A DNA stretch of 52,293 nucleotides from Gaiellaceae bacterium. GTDB taxonomy: Bacteria; Actinomycetota; Thermoleophilia; Gaiellales; Gaiellaceae. The translations under genes and the position numbers were made by a program. The first letter of the stretch is position 1. The number at the start of each line of letters is the position of its first letter. The DNA lies in contig DATFTK010000214.1 of NCBI GenBank assembly GCA_035262005.1, positions 1 through 52,293 of the forward strand, given 5' to 3'. Shown here in pieces: positions 42,955-51,592 of the stretch. Under the pieces are notes generated by a model, which saw nothing but the letters and a program-made list of their open reading frames with translations, did no database searches and had not been told where the DNA came from.

Positions 42955-45411
42955 TCAGTCGATGACCGCGCGCGCGATCGTCCGCGGCTCTCGACCCGAC
43001 AGGAGCCAGCCTGCCGCCGCGGCGGCCACCGGCACTCCGACCACCGCCAGCGCCAGGTGGACGAACGGCACGTCGCGCAGGTACCCGAGGTCGTCGTGGT
43101 ACGTCGCCAGGAGGACGACGTACGCGCCCGCGACGCCGAGCACAGCACCGAGGAAGGCGAGCGCGCCCGCAGTGCTGGCGGTGAGCGTCCTGCGGATCCG
43201 GGAGGTCGCTCCTGCCGCCGTCAGCGTGCGCAGGTCACCTGCACTCTCGCTGCGGATCAGTCCGACAGTCATCGCCAGGACGGCGAGCGCCAGGGCCGCG
43301 CCCGCGGCCGTCGCGATGCCCTTGATCCTCGCGTTGGAGCCAGGGGTGTCTTTGACTTCGATCGCCAGGCCGGCATCGGCGGCGATCTGGCGGGCGGTAG
43401 CGATCTGGTCGCTCGTCAGAGGCTGCCGCGACTCGACGAGCCAGCCGGCCGGAATCTGCTTCCAGCCGTGCCGGCGAAGGCCGTCGATCGTGATGAGGGC
43501 GAGGCCCTCCTGCCTGCTGTCGATGCCGGAGCCGAAGCGCCGGACGCCAATGTCGATCCGCCGGACGTTCGTCACCGGGAAGTCACCGCGTCCCTTGAGG
43601 CTCGGGATCGAAAGGCCTTCGGTGCGGGCGCTGCGGTCGAGGAGGAAGTCCGTGCTCGGATCGAGCGTCCCAGGGTCGACTCCGAGGTACCTGAGGACCG
43701 CTGCCGTCGCGACATAGAGCTGCGCGACGGGGCGGTACATGTTGTCGGTCCGTCTGGTGATGTCGAGCGGGAGCAGGAAGCGGGTGTCGCCGACGACCAT
43801 TGGAGGCACGCCCGGTTGCATGACCCTTCGCAACGGCAACACAACTCCACCGTGGAGGCCGTCGGCGAGGCGTCGGACACTTGCGCTCAGGTGCGGAAGT
43901 CGAGCCTCCGCGTCGACCGGCGTGAACTCCCGAGCCTCTTGCTCAGAGCCGAGCAGCACGCGGATCTGTCGATCCGAAAGCGTCGGCGGTTGAGCCGCCT
44001 TCTTCGCCGCCTCCGCGGAAGCGACGACTACGACGCTCGCCGCGATGCCGAGCGCGAGGGTCACTGCGGCGAGGGCAGCGCCTGAGCGGGCCTGAAAGCG
44101 CACGAGGTCTCGCAGCGCCAGGCGCGGCGCAATGGAGACCCGCCCGGCCAGACGGGAGAAGATCCGGATTGCCAGCGGGCCCATCAGCAGGGCGCCGATG
44201 ATCGTCGCGACGATCCCAGCGACGATCAGCACCGCCCGGTCTCGGTTGGAAAGTGCAAGCAGGGCTACGCCGAGCGCGATCAGGCCGGCGGCGGCGAGTG
44301 CCGAATACCGGGCCGGCCTCGGCTTCGGCGGCCGGCCGGAGAGCGCGAGCACAACAGGGAGCCGAGCGGCCGCGCGGCCGGGCCACCAGGCAGCTGCGGT
44401 CGCGCCGAGTAGGGCGAGGAGCCCGGTCGTCGCGATCAGCCACCACGGCAGGCTGAGACGGTCGACGCGATGGTCGAGCGCCGATTCGAGCGTCGGCGCG
44501 AACACGATCCACGCCGCCAGGCCGACGGCTGTCCCGACAATGGCCGCGATTGCTCCGACGACGGCACCGTTGGCCACGAGCACGAGTCGCACCTGCTTCT
44601 CACTTGCGCCGATTGCGGCCAGCATGCCGAGCTGCCGGAGCCGTCGCTGTGCGACGACCGCGAACCCGGCCGCGGCTACGAGCGAAGCAAGGAGGAGGAA
44701 GACGGTCGTCACCGAGAACATTGCGAGTGTCGGCGCCCCGGGATGATCGTTGCCGGAGATCTCCAGCGACGTGAGGGCGGGTGTGTGCGCCGTGTCCGGG
44801 CCGGCGCCGAATGTCTTGGCCGACTCGACGGTCGTCTTTGCCAGAACGGTCACATAGTCGGCCCCGGTCGTGGCCGACGGCGAGGTAAGTACGAACTCGT
44901 CGCTCAGCTTCCGCGGGTTCTCCACGATGCCGACGACCCTCCAGCGACTGTGATCGAGCGCCGGGTTCGAGCCGATGCGAAGACGGAGGAGCGCGGCCAC
45001 CCGGTCGGTCACTGCGAGCTCGTTCGCGCGAGTCGGGTAGCGGCCCCGGCGTAGCGCGAGCAGCTCGTGCCCGTACTTGCCGGCCGGATCCTGTGTCCGG
45101 AAGTCGATGGTCTCGACGCTGCCAGGCACGGCGACGGAGTGGTGGGCGATCACGTCGATCGTCCCAAACGACTTCCGTGCGTCCGCGAGGCCGGCGTGGA
45201 GCTTTTGCGGGTCGGAGCCGTCGAACGTCAGCAGCGTGTTCGCCGATCCGAACCGCGAGTTGTCCGCAGGTGCCGTGTTGTAGACAATCGTGATGCTGCC
45301 GATCGCCGCAGCGACCGCAACGGTCAGGAGTGCCAGCACGAGCAGCTGTGCGCGCCACTCTCGGCGGAACATGCGCGACGCCCAGCGGATGATCGCGCGC
45401 CGGCCCGTCAT
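42955..45411 (-). CDS. FtsX-family ABC transporter permease (double FtsX domain, MacB/DevC-like)
   Basis: 818 aa. N-terminal TM helix, a large extracytoplasmic domain, then an FtsX 4-helix bundle, with the arrangement repeated. ATGA overlap with the ATPase stop. Confidence 0.85.
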   Translation of the reverse strand: MTGRRAIIRWASRMFRREWRAQLLVLALLTVAVAAAIGSITIVYNTAPADNSRFGSANTLLTFDGSDPQKLHAGLADARKSFGTIDVIAHHSVAVPGSVETIDFRTQDPAGKYGHELLALRRGRYPTRANELAVTDRVAALLRLRIGSNPALDHSRWRVVGIVENPRKLSDEFVLTSPSATTGADYVTVLAKTTVESAKTFGAGPDTAHTPALTSLEISGNDHPGAPTLAMFSVTTVFLLLASLVAAAGFAVVAQRRLRQLGMLAAIGASEKQVRLVLVANGAVVGAIAAIVGTAVGLAAWIVFAPTLESALDHRVDRLSLPWWLIATTGLLALLGATAAAWWPGRAAARLPVVLALSGRPPKPRPARYSALAAAGLIALGVALLALSNRDRAVLIVAGIVATIIGALLMGPLAIRIFSRLAGRVSIAPRLALRDLVRFQARSGAALAAVTLALGIAASVVVVASAEAAKKAAQPPTLSDRQIRVLLGSEQEAREFTPVDAEARLPHLSASVRRLADGLHGGVVLPLRRVMQPGVPPMVVGDTRFLLPLDITRRTDNMYRPVAQLYVATAAVLRYLGVDPGTLDPSTDFLLDRSARTEGLSIPSLKGRGDFPVTNVRRIDIGVRRFGSGIDSRQEGLALITIDGLRRHGWKQIPAGWLVESRQPLTSDQIATARQIAADAGLAIEVKDTPGSNARIKGIATAAGAALALAVLAMTVGLIRSESAGDLRTLTAAGATSRIRRTLTASTAGALAFLGAVLGVAGAYVVLLATYHDDLGYLRDVPFVHLALAVVGVPVAAAAAGWLLSGREPRTIARAVID

Positions 45412-46133
45412 CGACCGTCACCCGCCGCGAGGAGTGACTCGGGCCCGGGAGGCGCCACCGTCTGGTCGACGACGTGTCCGTCACGGATGAAGACGACGCG
45501 ATCGGCCCAAGAGGCGAGATGCGCTTCGTGCGTCACGACGACACCAGCGACGCCGCGATGCGTTGCGGATCGCAGCAGGCGCATCACTGCCTCTCCATTG
45601 ACCGAGTCGAGCGCGCCGGTCGGCTCGTCGGCAAGCAGCAGCTTCCGCTTGCCGACGATCGCGCGCGCGATCGCGACGCGCTGACGCTCGCCGCCCGACA
45701 GCTCGTCGGGGTAGCGGCTCGCACGCTGCGCGACCTGCAGCTCAGCGAGCGCCGCCTTCGCACTCGTCTTGGCGACCTTGGCGGGCGCGCCGTCGAGCTC
45801 GAGCGGCAGGGTGACGTTCTCGAACGCCGTCAGACCAGGGAGGAGATTGAAGTCCTGGAAGACGTAGCCGATCGCGCGGCGGCGCATCCTGGCTTGCTCC
45901 GAGCGGGAGACATTCGCGAGGTCGACGCCGTCGACGAGGACCTGGCCGCTGCTCGGCTGCTCGAGGCTACCCGCGATCGTGAGGAGTGTGCTCTTGCCGG
46001 ACCCGCTCGGCCCCATGACCGCGACGAGCTCGCCGCCTTCGACCGAGAGGTCGACCTCCGTCAACGCGTGCACCTCGCTCGCTCCGGAGCCGTAGGTCTT
46101 CGAGATGTGTCTGAGTTCGAGTGTTTTCGTCAT
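45408..46133 (-). CDS. ABC transporter ATP-binding protein (MacB/LolD-like)
   Basis: Walker A GPSGSGKST, signature LSGGERQRVAIARAI, Walker B LLLADEPTGALD. Confidence 0.9.
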   Translation of the reverse strand: MTKTLELRHISKTYGSGASEVHALTEVDLSVEGGELVAVMGPSGSGKSTLLTIAGSLEQPSSGQVLVDGVDLANVSRSEQARMRRRAIGYVFQDFNLLPGLTAFENVTLPLELDGAPAKVAKTSAKAALAELQVAQRASRYPDELSGGERQRVAIARAIVGKRKLLLADEPTGALDSVNGEAVMRLLRSATHRGVAGVVVTHEAHLASWADRVVFIRDGHVVDQTVAPPGPESLLAAGDGR

Positions 46134-46720
46134 TGCGACACCTCCGTCGCAGCAGTTGCTTCCGGTTCGATTTCGGGCGAGGGCATCGCCTCGGGGCTCG
46201 TTGCAGTCCGCTGCGCCTGCTTCAGGCGAACGTCTGCGGCGTCGAGCCAGCGCACGATCGCTTCCAGGCGGAAGAGCTCCGCGTCGGCAACGAGTGCGAG
46301 CGGCACGTCGTCCTCCGCCGCAGCGGCCTTGACCTTCGTGTACCGCTGCATGACTTCGACGACGTGCCTGCGGTGCGCCTGCAGGATTTCGTGGACATCC
46401 GTGCCTGGCACCTGCAGCGCGACGAGGACTTTGATCACGAGCTCGTCGCGCGGAGGAGGGACGAGCGCGGGAGGGGTGCGGAGCCAGTTCGCCAGCTCGC
46501 GCCTGCCTGCGGGGGAGATCCGGTACTGCTTCCGAGCGCGTTCCCCGTCGCCGTCGGCCGCCACGAGCCCGTCCCGCTCGAGCCGCTGGAGCGTCGTGTA
46601 GACCTGGCCGACGTTGAGCGGCCAGACGTTGCCCGTCTTCGCCTCGAACTCGCTCTGCAGGCGCTGTCCGTACTTCGGGGACTCGCTCAAGAGGGCGAGT
46701 AGTGCATGGGGGACGCTCAC
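46130..46720 (-). CDS. PadR-family transcriptional regulator
   Basis: Has LLALLSESPKYGQRLQSEFEAKTGNVWPLNVGQVYTTLQRLERDGLV (winged HTH of PadR). GTG start. The stop overlaps the ATPase start. Confidence 0.85.
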   Translation of the reverse strand: MSVPHALLALLSESPKYGQRLQSEFEAKTGNVWPLNVGQVYTTLQRLERDGLVAADGDGERARKQYRISPAGRRELANWLRTPPALVPPPRDELVIKVLVALQVPGTDVHEILQAHRRHVVEVMQRYTKVKAAAAEDDVPLALVADAELFRLEAIVRWLDAADVRLKQAQRTATSPEAMPSPEIEPEATAATEVSQ

Positions 46721-46739
46721 TGGCGACTTCCGATCGAGA

Positions 46740-46766
46740 ACATACTCAGTAAGATACTCAGTATGT
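46740..46766. promoter_or_regulatory. candidate PadR operator
   Basis: The sequence is ACATACTCAGTAAGATACTCAGTATGT. It contains two 10-bp direct repeats ATACTCAGTA (46742-46751 and 46754-46763), each holding the palindrome TACTcAGTA, framed by ACAT...ATGT. It sits 20 nt upstream of the PadR start. Confidence 0.5.
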
Positions 46767-46843
46767 CAGGTGCTGCGCAAGCCGAATTTCGAGCTGCCGC
46801 AAGCTCCGCACGTACAATCGACCCGCTCGACGGAGGTGAGCGT

Positions 46844-48358
46844 ATGACGCAGGCGGACGCTCTCGCCCAGGCGGCCCGCGCGCGAGACGAGTTGGAGCGC
46901 TTCTTTGCGCTGTCGCGCGATCTGCTGTGCGTCGCGGACTTCAACGGGTTCTTCACGCGGGTGAATCCCGCGTTCGGACGTGCGCTTGGGCACTCGAGCG
47001 AGGAGCTGCTGCGTGAACCGTTCATGAGCTTTGTCCACCCGGACGATCGCGAGGCGACGCTGGCGGAGTTCACGTCGATTCTGCAAGGCGAGGAAGCGCA
47101 TGCGTTCGAGAATCGCTACCGCAACAGCGACGGCAGCTACCGATGGCTTCAGTGGGCGAGCGCCACGGATCGCGACGCGGGCCTGATCTATGCGGTAGCG
47201 CGCGATGTAACGGACGCGAAGCACGCCGCAGCGAAGCTGGAGGCGCTGCTGGCCGAGCAGGGCGCGCTCCGGCGTGTCGCGACGCTCGTCGCGCGCGAAG
47301 GTGACCCGGCCGAGCTGTTCGCTGTCGTGGCGGCGGAGCTGGGCCGCCTTCTCGGCGCCGACGCTGCGGGCATCCTCCGCTATGAATCCGACGAGCAGGG
47401 GTTGATCGTCGGTGCGTGGAGCCGCGCCGGTGCACCGCCCGTGGAGCCGGGCTCGATCCTCAAGGTCGACCGTGAGACGGCGTCAGGCCGGGTCTACCGA
47501 ACGGGCCAGCCGGAGACCGGTGGCCCTTTCAGAGGCACAGCGGATTCGCTCGCGCAGCGGCTGGGTCAGCTCGGCTATCGATCGAGTCTTGCCGCGCCGA
47601 TTCGTGTGGCCGGCAGCGTCTGGGGCGCACTTGGAGTTGCAACCCTCGGAGCTGAGGAGTTTCCGGGCCACTCAACCGGGCGGCTCGAGAGCTTTGCCGA
47701 GCTCGTCGCACAGGCGCTCGCAAACGCCGACGCTCGCGAGCAGCTCGCGGCCTCGCGTAACCGCGTCGTCCAGGCGAGCGACGACGAGCGGCGTCGTCTC
47801 GAGCGCAATCTCCATGACGGCGCACAGCAGCGGCTCGTCACGTTGTCGCTGACGCTTCGGCGTGCCCGGTTGCTGCTCGCGGCGGAGCGGGAGGACGTGT
47901 GCGGCCTGCTCGACACGGCATGTGACGACCTCGAGGCAGCGCTGACGGATCTGCGCGAGCTTGCTCAGGGGCTGCATCCCGCGGTGCTGTCCGACCTCGG
48001 GCTCAGCGGTGCGCTGCCGGGACTGACTCAGCGGGCGCCGTTCCCGGTCGAGATCGTCTGTGTGCCTGCCGAGCGGCTGCCCGAGTCGGTCGAGGTCGCG
48101 ATCTACTACCTCCTCGCCGAAGCGCTGACGAACACGGCCAAGCACGCCAAGGCTTCGAGCGTCATGCTCGGGGTCTCGTGTGATGGCGACGAGGCCGTCG
48201 TCGAGGTGTCCGACGACGGGATCGGCGGCGCCGACCTCACCCTGGGCTCGGGCCTACATGGACTTGCCGATCGCATCAGCGCGCTGGGCGGCCAAATCGG
48301 GATTGAAAGCGCACCCGGGCGGGGAACCTCTATCCGGGCGACGATTCCGGTTGCCTGA
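46844..48358 (+). CDS. cytoplasmic PAS-GAF sensor histidine kinase (HisKA_3), with no adjacent response regulator
   Basis: ATG at 46844 with SD ggaggtg. PAS domain (LLCVADFNGFFTRVNPAF...YRWLQW), GAF domain (LRRVATLVAREGDP...), H-box LERNLHDGAQQRL, and ATPase region GSGLHGLADRISALGG. Confidence 0.85.
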   Translation: MTQADALAQAARARDELERFFALSRDLLCVADFNGFFTRVNPAFGRALGHSSEELLREPFMSFVHPDDREATLAEFTSILQGEEAHAFENRYRNSDGSYRWLQWASATDRDAGLIYAVARDVTDAKHAAAKLEALLAEQGALRRVATLVAREGDPAELFAVVAAELGRLLGADAAGILRYESDEQGLIVGAWSRAGAPPVEPGSILKVDRETASGRVYRTGQPETGGPFRGTADSLAQRLGQLGYRSSLAAPIRVAGSVWGALGVATLGAEEFPGHSTGRLESFAELVAQALANADAREQLAASRNRVVQASDDERRRLERNLHDGAQQRLVTLSLTLRRARLLLAAEREDVCGLLDTACDDLEAALTDLRELAQGLHPAVLSDLGLSGALPGLTQRAPFPVEIVCVPAERLPESVEVAIYYLLAEALTNTAKHAKASSVMLGVSCDGDEAVVEVSDDGIGGADLTLGSGLHGLADRISALGGQIGIESAPGRGTSIRATIPVA

Positions 48359-48394
48359 CTGTCACACGAAGCCCGTCTCCTACGTCAGAGAGAT

Positions 48395-48568
48395 ATGGGA
48401 CTACTAGCTCTTACCGCAGACTTCTGGGCGCTGTTCTGGACGACGCTGGTCACGGTCGTCTTTCTGCTCGTTCCCGGCGTTGTGTTCGCGTATTACGCGC
48501 TCGACGAGTGGATTCGAGACGACAGCTATGCACACGTGATGGCGACCGTCGATCATCGCCACAGATAG
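48395..48568 (+). CDS. possible 57-aa single-pass membrane peptide
   Basis: Below the ORF-track size cutoff. My translation is MGLLALTADFWALFWTTLVTVVFLLVPGVVFAYYALDEWIRDDSYAHVMATVDHRHR. GC3 is about 70% by my count, which looks lower than neighbouring genes. The RBS is weak. Confidence 0.3.
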   Translation: MGLLALTADFWALFWTTLVTVVFLLVPGVVFAYYALDEWIRDDSYAHVMATVDHRHR

Positions 48569-48573
48569 ATGCC

Positions 48574-48603
48574 TTGACAAGCATATAACTGGTTAGGCAT
48601 ACT
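48574..48603 (+). promoter_or_regulatory. sigma-70-like promoter giving a leaderless or near-leaderless arsR-family transcript
   Basis: TTGACA (48574-48579), an 18-nt spacer, then CATACT (48598-48603). The GTG start at 48610 is 7 nt after the -10 element. The imperfect inverted repeat ACAAGCATA...CATACTTGT spans the promoter. Confidence 0.4.
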
Positions 48604-48609
48604 TGTGCC

Positions 48610-48927
48610 GTGAACGATCTCTCGGCACTTCAGGCCCTGGCCGAGCCACGGCGCGTCGCGATTCTCGAACTGCTTCGGGACGGCGAGCAGCCCGTTGGCG
48701 AGCTGGTGGGCCGCCTGGGTGTGAGCCAGCCCGCCGTGTCGAAGCACCTGCGGGTGCTGAAGGACGCGGGGCTCGTCGAAGCGCGGGTCGATGCCCAGCG
48801 GCGTCTCTATCGCATCCGCCCCGAGCCGCTCGCCGATCTCGACGACTGGCTCGCCGGGTACCGGGAGCTCTGGACGACACGCCTGGATCGGCTGGAAGAC
48901 CATCTCGAGAAACGGAGGAAGCAATGA
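48610..48927 (+). CDS. ArsR/SmtB-family transcriptional regulator
   Basis: Has LAEPRRVAILELLRDGEQPVGELVGRLGVSQPAVSKHLRVLKDAGLV. Confidence 0.85.
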   Translation: MNDLSALQALAEPRRVAILELLRDGEQPVGELVGRLGVSQPAVSKHLRVLKDAGLVEARVDAQRRLYRIRPEPLADLDDWLAGYRELWTTRLDRLEDHLEKRRKQ

Positions 48928-49433
48928 CGGACGCAACCCTGATCACCGGCAGCACACGTCCCGCGATCCGCTTAGAGCGCCACCTCGACGATCCACCGGC
49001 GGTTGTCTGGCGCGCGCTCACCGAGCGAGAGCAGTTGCGCTCGTGGTTCCCGTGCGATGTGATCGTCGAAGGCGGGCGCTGGGAGGTCGGCGCGCCGATC
49101 ACGTTTCCGTTTCCCGAGCACGTGATCGACCTGACCATGGAAGGCGAGGTGCTCGAGGTCGACGAGCCACGTGTGCTCGCGTATACGTGGGGCGACGAGC
49201 TGCTGCGCTTCGAGCTCGCGCCGGAGGCTGACGGCACGCGCCTCGTCCTGGTCGACGAGCTCGAGCCTGGTGCGGCCGCTCGCAACGCCGCCGGGTGGGA
49301 GGTCTGCCTCGACCGTCTCGAGAGGGTCGAGCCCGGCGACCCCTGGGGGCCGCGCTTTCAGGCATATACGGCGGCCTTCGAGCCGACCCTCGGTCCGCAG
49401 GAGGGCCCGCCGGCCGGCTACAAGGGCACGTGA
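48924..49433 (+). CDS. SRPBCC/AHSA1-domain protein
   Basis: ATG at 48924 forms an ATGA overlap with the ArsR stop. Has ...IRLERHLDDPPAVVWRALTEREQLRSWFP...; the ArsR-SRPBCC pairing is common. Confidence 0.8.
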   Translation: MTDATLITGSTRPAIRLERHLDDPPAVVWRALTEREQLRSWFPCDVIVEGGRWEVGAPITFPFPEHVIDLTMEGEVLEVDEPRVLAYTWGDELLRFELAPEADGTRLVLVDELEPGAAARNAAGWEVCLDRLERVEPGDPWGPRFQAYTAAFEPTLGPQEGPPAGYKGT

Positions 49434-49434
49434 G

Positions 49435-49725
49435 TCAGCGTATGGGTCGAACGGTGAATCCCAGGCCTCCGAGAACCTTGACGGCGCCGGTCTTCCCGCC
49501 CTCGAAGTCCGCCGACGCAAGGCGATGTCCGGTGGCGAGCTCGTACGCAGTCCCCAAGATCGCCTTCGGCGGGTAGGTGCGTTTGTCCCAGACCAGCTCG
49601 TAGGTCGTCGTCGGGGCGAAGCCGTGCTCGGAGAAGAACTCCTTTGCCCCAAGTCGGTCGTACTCGTGGATTGCGCGCTCTACGTGCTCACGCGTCACGT
49701 CGTCCCATGTGACTGAACGTGTCAT
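49435..49725 (-). CDS. 96-aa stand-alone domain resembling the N-terminal head module of McrA-type HNH endonucleases
   Basis: Product is MTRSVTWDDVTREHVERAIHEYDRLGAKEFFSEHGFAPTTTYELVWDKRTYPPKAILGTAYELATGHRLASADFEGGKTGAVKVLGGLGFTVRPIR. I recall the pattern EYDRLG..FL..GF....Y.L..dg..YpsKAI.G.A....G..L...dFeGGk.gAv..L..LGF at the N-terminus of actinobacterial HNH enzymes. Confidence 0.6.
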   Translation of the reverse strand: MTRSVTWDDVTREHVERAIHEYDRLGAKEFFSEHGFAPTTTYELVWDKRTYPPKAILGTAYELATGHRLASADFEGGKTGAVKVLGGLGFTVRPIR

Positions 49726-49803
49726 CGCGTCCTCCCAGGATCGTCGTGGCAGTCACCTCGCGTTAACCCACGCTTCATGCGCGGATCGGTAGCGTCTTTG
49801 CCG

Positions 49804-50721
49804 ATGATCGAGGCACAGGGCCTTACGAAAGATTACGGCCCGAAGCGGGCCGTCGACGACCTCACTTTCACGGTGAAGCCCGGCGTCGTCACCGGTTTCC
49901 TCGGTCCGAATGGGTCGGGCAAGTCGACGACGATGCGGCTTGCGCTCGGCCTCGACAGGCCGACGGCCGGCGACGTGACGGTCAACGGCAAGCACTACCG
50001 CGACCACGCGGCGCCGCTGCACGAGGCCGGCGCGCTGCTCGAGGCGCGGTCCGTGCACACCGGGCGTTCGGCCTACAACCACCTGCTCGCACTCGCGCAG
50101 ACGCACGGCATCTCGCGGAAGCGCGTCGACGAGCTCGTCGACCTCGTCGGCCTCCACGACGTCGCGCGCAAGCGCGCCGGGCAGTTCTCGCTCGGCATGG
50201 GTCAGCGGCTGGGTATCGGTGCCGCGCTGCTCGGCGACCCGGCGACGCTTCTCCTCGACGAGCCGAGCAAAGGCCTCGACCCGGAGGGGATCCACTGGAT
50301 CCGCAACCTGCTCCGCTCACTGGCGACGGAGGGACGCACCGTGTTCGTCTCCTCGCACCTGATGAGCGAGATGGCACTCACCGCCGATCACGTGATCGTG
50401 ATCGGGCGCGGCAAGCTGATCGCGGACACCAGCGTCGAAGACCTCGTCCGCATGGCGTCCGGGAGTGCGGTGCGCGTCCGCTCGCCGCAGGCCGGCGCGC
50501 TGAGCGAGCTCGTCGCCGGCGACGGCGTGATCGTCACATCGCCGCAGCCGGGCATGCTCGAGATCCGTGGCACCTCAGCCGAGAAGATCGGTGAGACCGC
50601 GGCCGCGCACGGCATCGTTCTCCACGAGCTCACCGGGGTGCAGGCGTCACTCGAGGAAGCGTTCATGGAGCTGACGCGCGGCGACGTCGAGTACAAAGCC
50701 GGCGAGGAGATCGCGGCGTGA
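49804..50721 (+). CDS. ABC transporter ATP-binding protein (ABC-2 partner)
   Basis: Starts MIEAQGLTKDYG... Walker A GPNGSGKST, signature FSLGMGQRLGIGAALL, Walker B LLLDEPSKGLD. An alternative ATG lies at 49777. Confidence 0.85.
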   Translation: MIEAQGLTKDYGPKRAVDDLTFTVKPGVVTGFLGPNGSGKSTTMRLALGLDRPTAGDVTVNGKHYRDHAAPLHEAGALLEARSVHTGRSAYNHLLALAQTHGISRKRVDELVDLVGLHDVARKRAGQFSLGMGQRLGIGAALLGDPATLLLDEPSKGLDPEGIHWIRNLLRSLATEGRTVFVSSHLMSEMALTADHVIVIGRGKLIADTSVEDLVRMASGSAVRVRSPQAGALSELVAGDGVIVTSPQPGMLEIRGTSAEKIGETAAAHGIVLHELTGVQASLEEAFMELTRGDVEYKAGEEIAA

Positions 50722-51554
50722 GCTCCACTGCCCAGTCCGTCTCGATCCCGCGACTTACGAACTACGGACGCGTCACGCAGCTACGTGTTGCGCGGTCGGA
50801 GTGGACGAAGCTGCACTCGCTCCGCTCGACGCGCTGGTCGCTGGTCGTTGCGGTCGTCCTGACGATCGGTCTTCCGTGCCTGTTCGCATCGATCCTCTCG
50901 TCGCGCTGGGGGCACCTCAGCCCAGGCGAGCGTGCCGACCATGCCCGCCATCCGCTCGAGGTGGCGACCGCCGGTGTCAACCTGTCACAGCTCGCGATTG
51001 CGGTGCTCGGCGTGCTCGTGATCACCGGCGAGTACTCGACGGGGATGATCCGCTCGACCTTCATCGCCGTTCCGAAGCGGCTACCGGTGCTCTGGGCGAA
51101 GACCGGCGTCTACGCGCTCGTCGTCGCCGCGCTGATGGTTCCTTCGGTCCTCGTCGGCTACTTCGCAAGCCAGGCGATCCTCAACCGGCACCACATCCTT
51201 CAGGTTTCGTTCTCCGATCACGGTGTCGCGCGGGCGGTGTTCGGGGCGGCGCTCTTCCTCGTGCTGGTCGGTGTGTTCGCGCTTGCGATCGGCGCGCTCG
51301 TGCGCAATACCGCCGGTGGGATCGCGACCTTCGCCGCCATCTTCTTCGTCATCCCGCCGCTGATGAACATCCTGCCGTCGAACTGGAACAACGCGATCAG
51401 CCAGTACCTCCCGAGCAACGCGGGCCGCTCGGTGTTCGCGCTGACGCACGACGCGCACTCGCTGCGGCCGCTCCCGGGCATCCTGCTCTTCGCTGGTTAT
51501 TGCGCGGTTGCGCTCGCCGTCGCCGCCGTGCTGCTCGTTCGGCGCGACACGTAA
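50718..51554 (+). CDS. ABC-2-family transporter permease
   Basis: 278 aa with 6 TM helices. Has GEYSTGMIRSTF, typical of this family. GTGA overlap with the ATPase stop. Confidence 0.8.
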   Translation: MSSTAQSVSIPRLTNYGRVTQLRVARSEWTKLHSLRSTRWSLVVAVVLTIGLPCLFASILSSRWGHLSPGERADHARHPLEVATAGVNLSQLAIAVLGVLVITGEYSTGMIRSTFIAVPKRLPVLWAKTGVYALVVAALMVPSVLVGYFASQAILNRHHILQVSFSDHGVARAVFGAALFLVLVGVFALAIGALVRNTAGGIATFAAIFFVIPPLMNILPSNWNNAISQYLPSNAGRSVFALTHDAHSLRPLPGILLFAGYCAVALAVAAVLLVRRDT

Positions 51555-51592
51555 CGCCGACGACGGCCGGCCAACGCTTAATATCGAATGGT

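Noticed and set aside
48553-49285. Minus-strand ORFs of 127 aa and 230 aa.
   Set aside because: They are antisense to the well-supported ArsR and SRPBCC genes, and their translations show no domain features.
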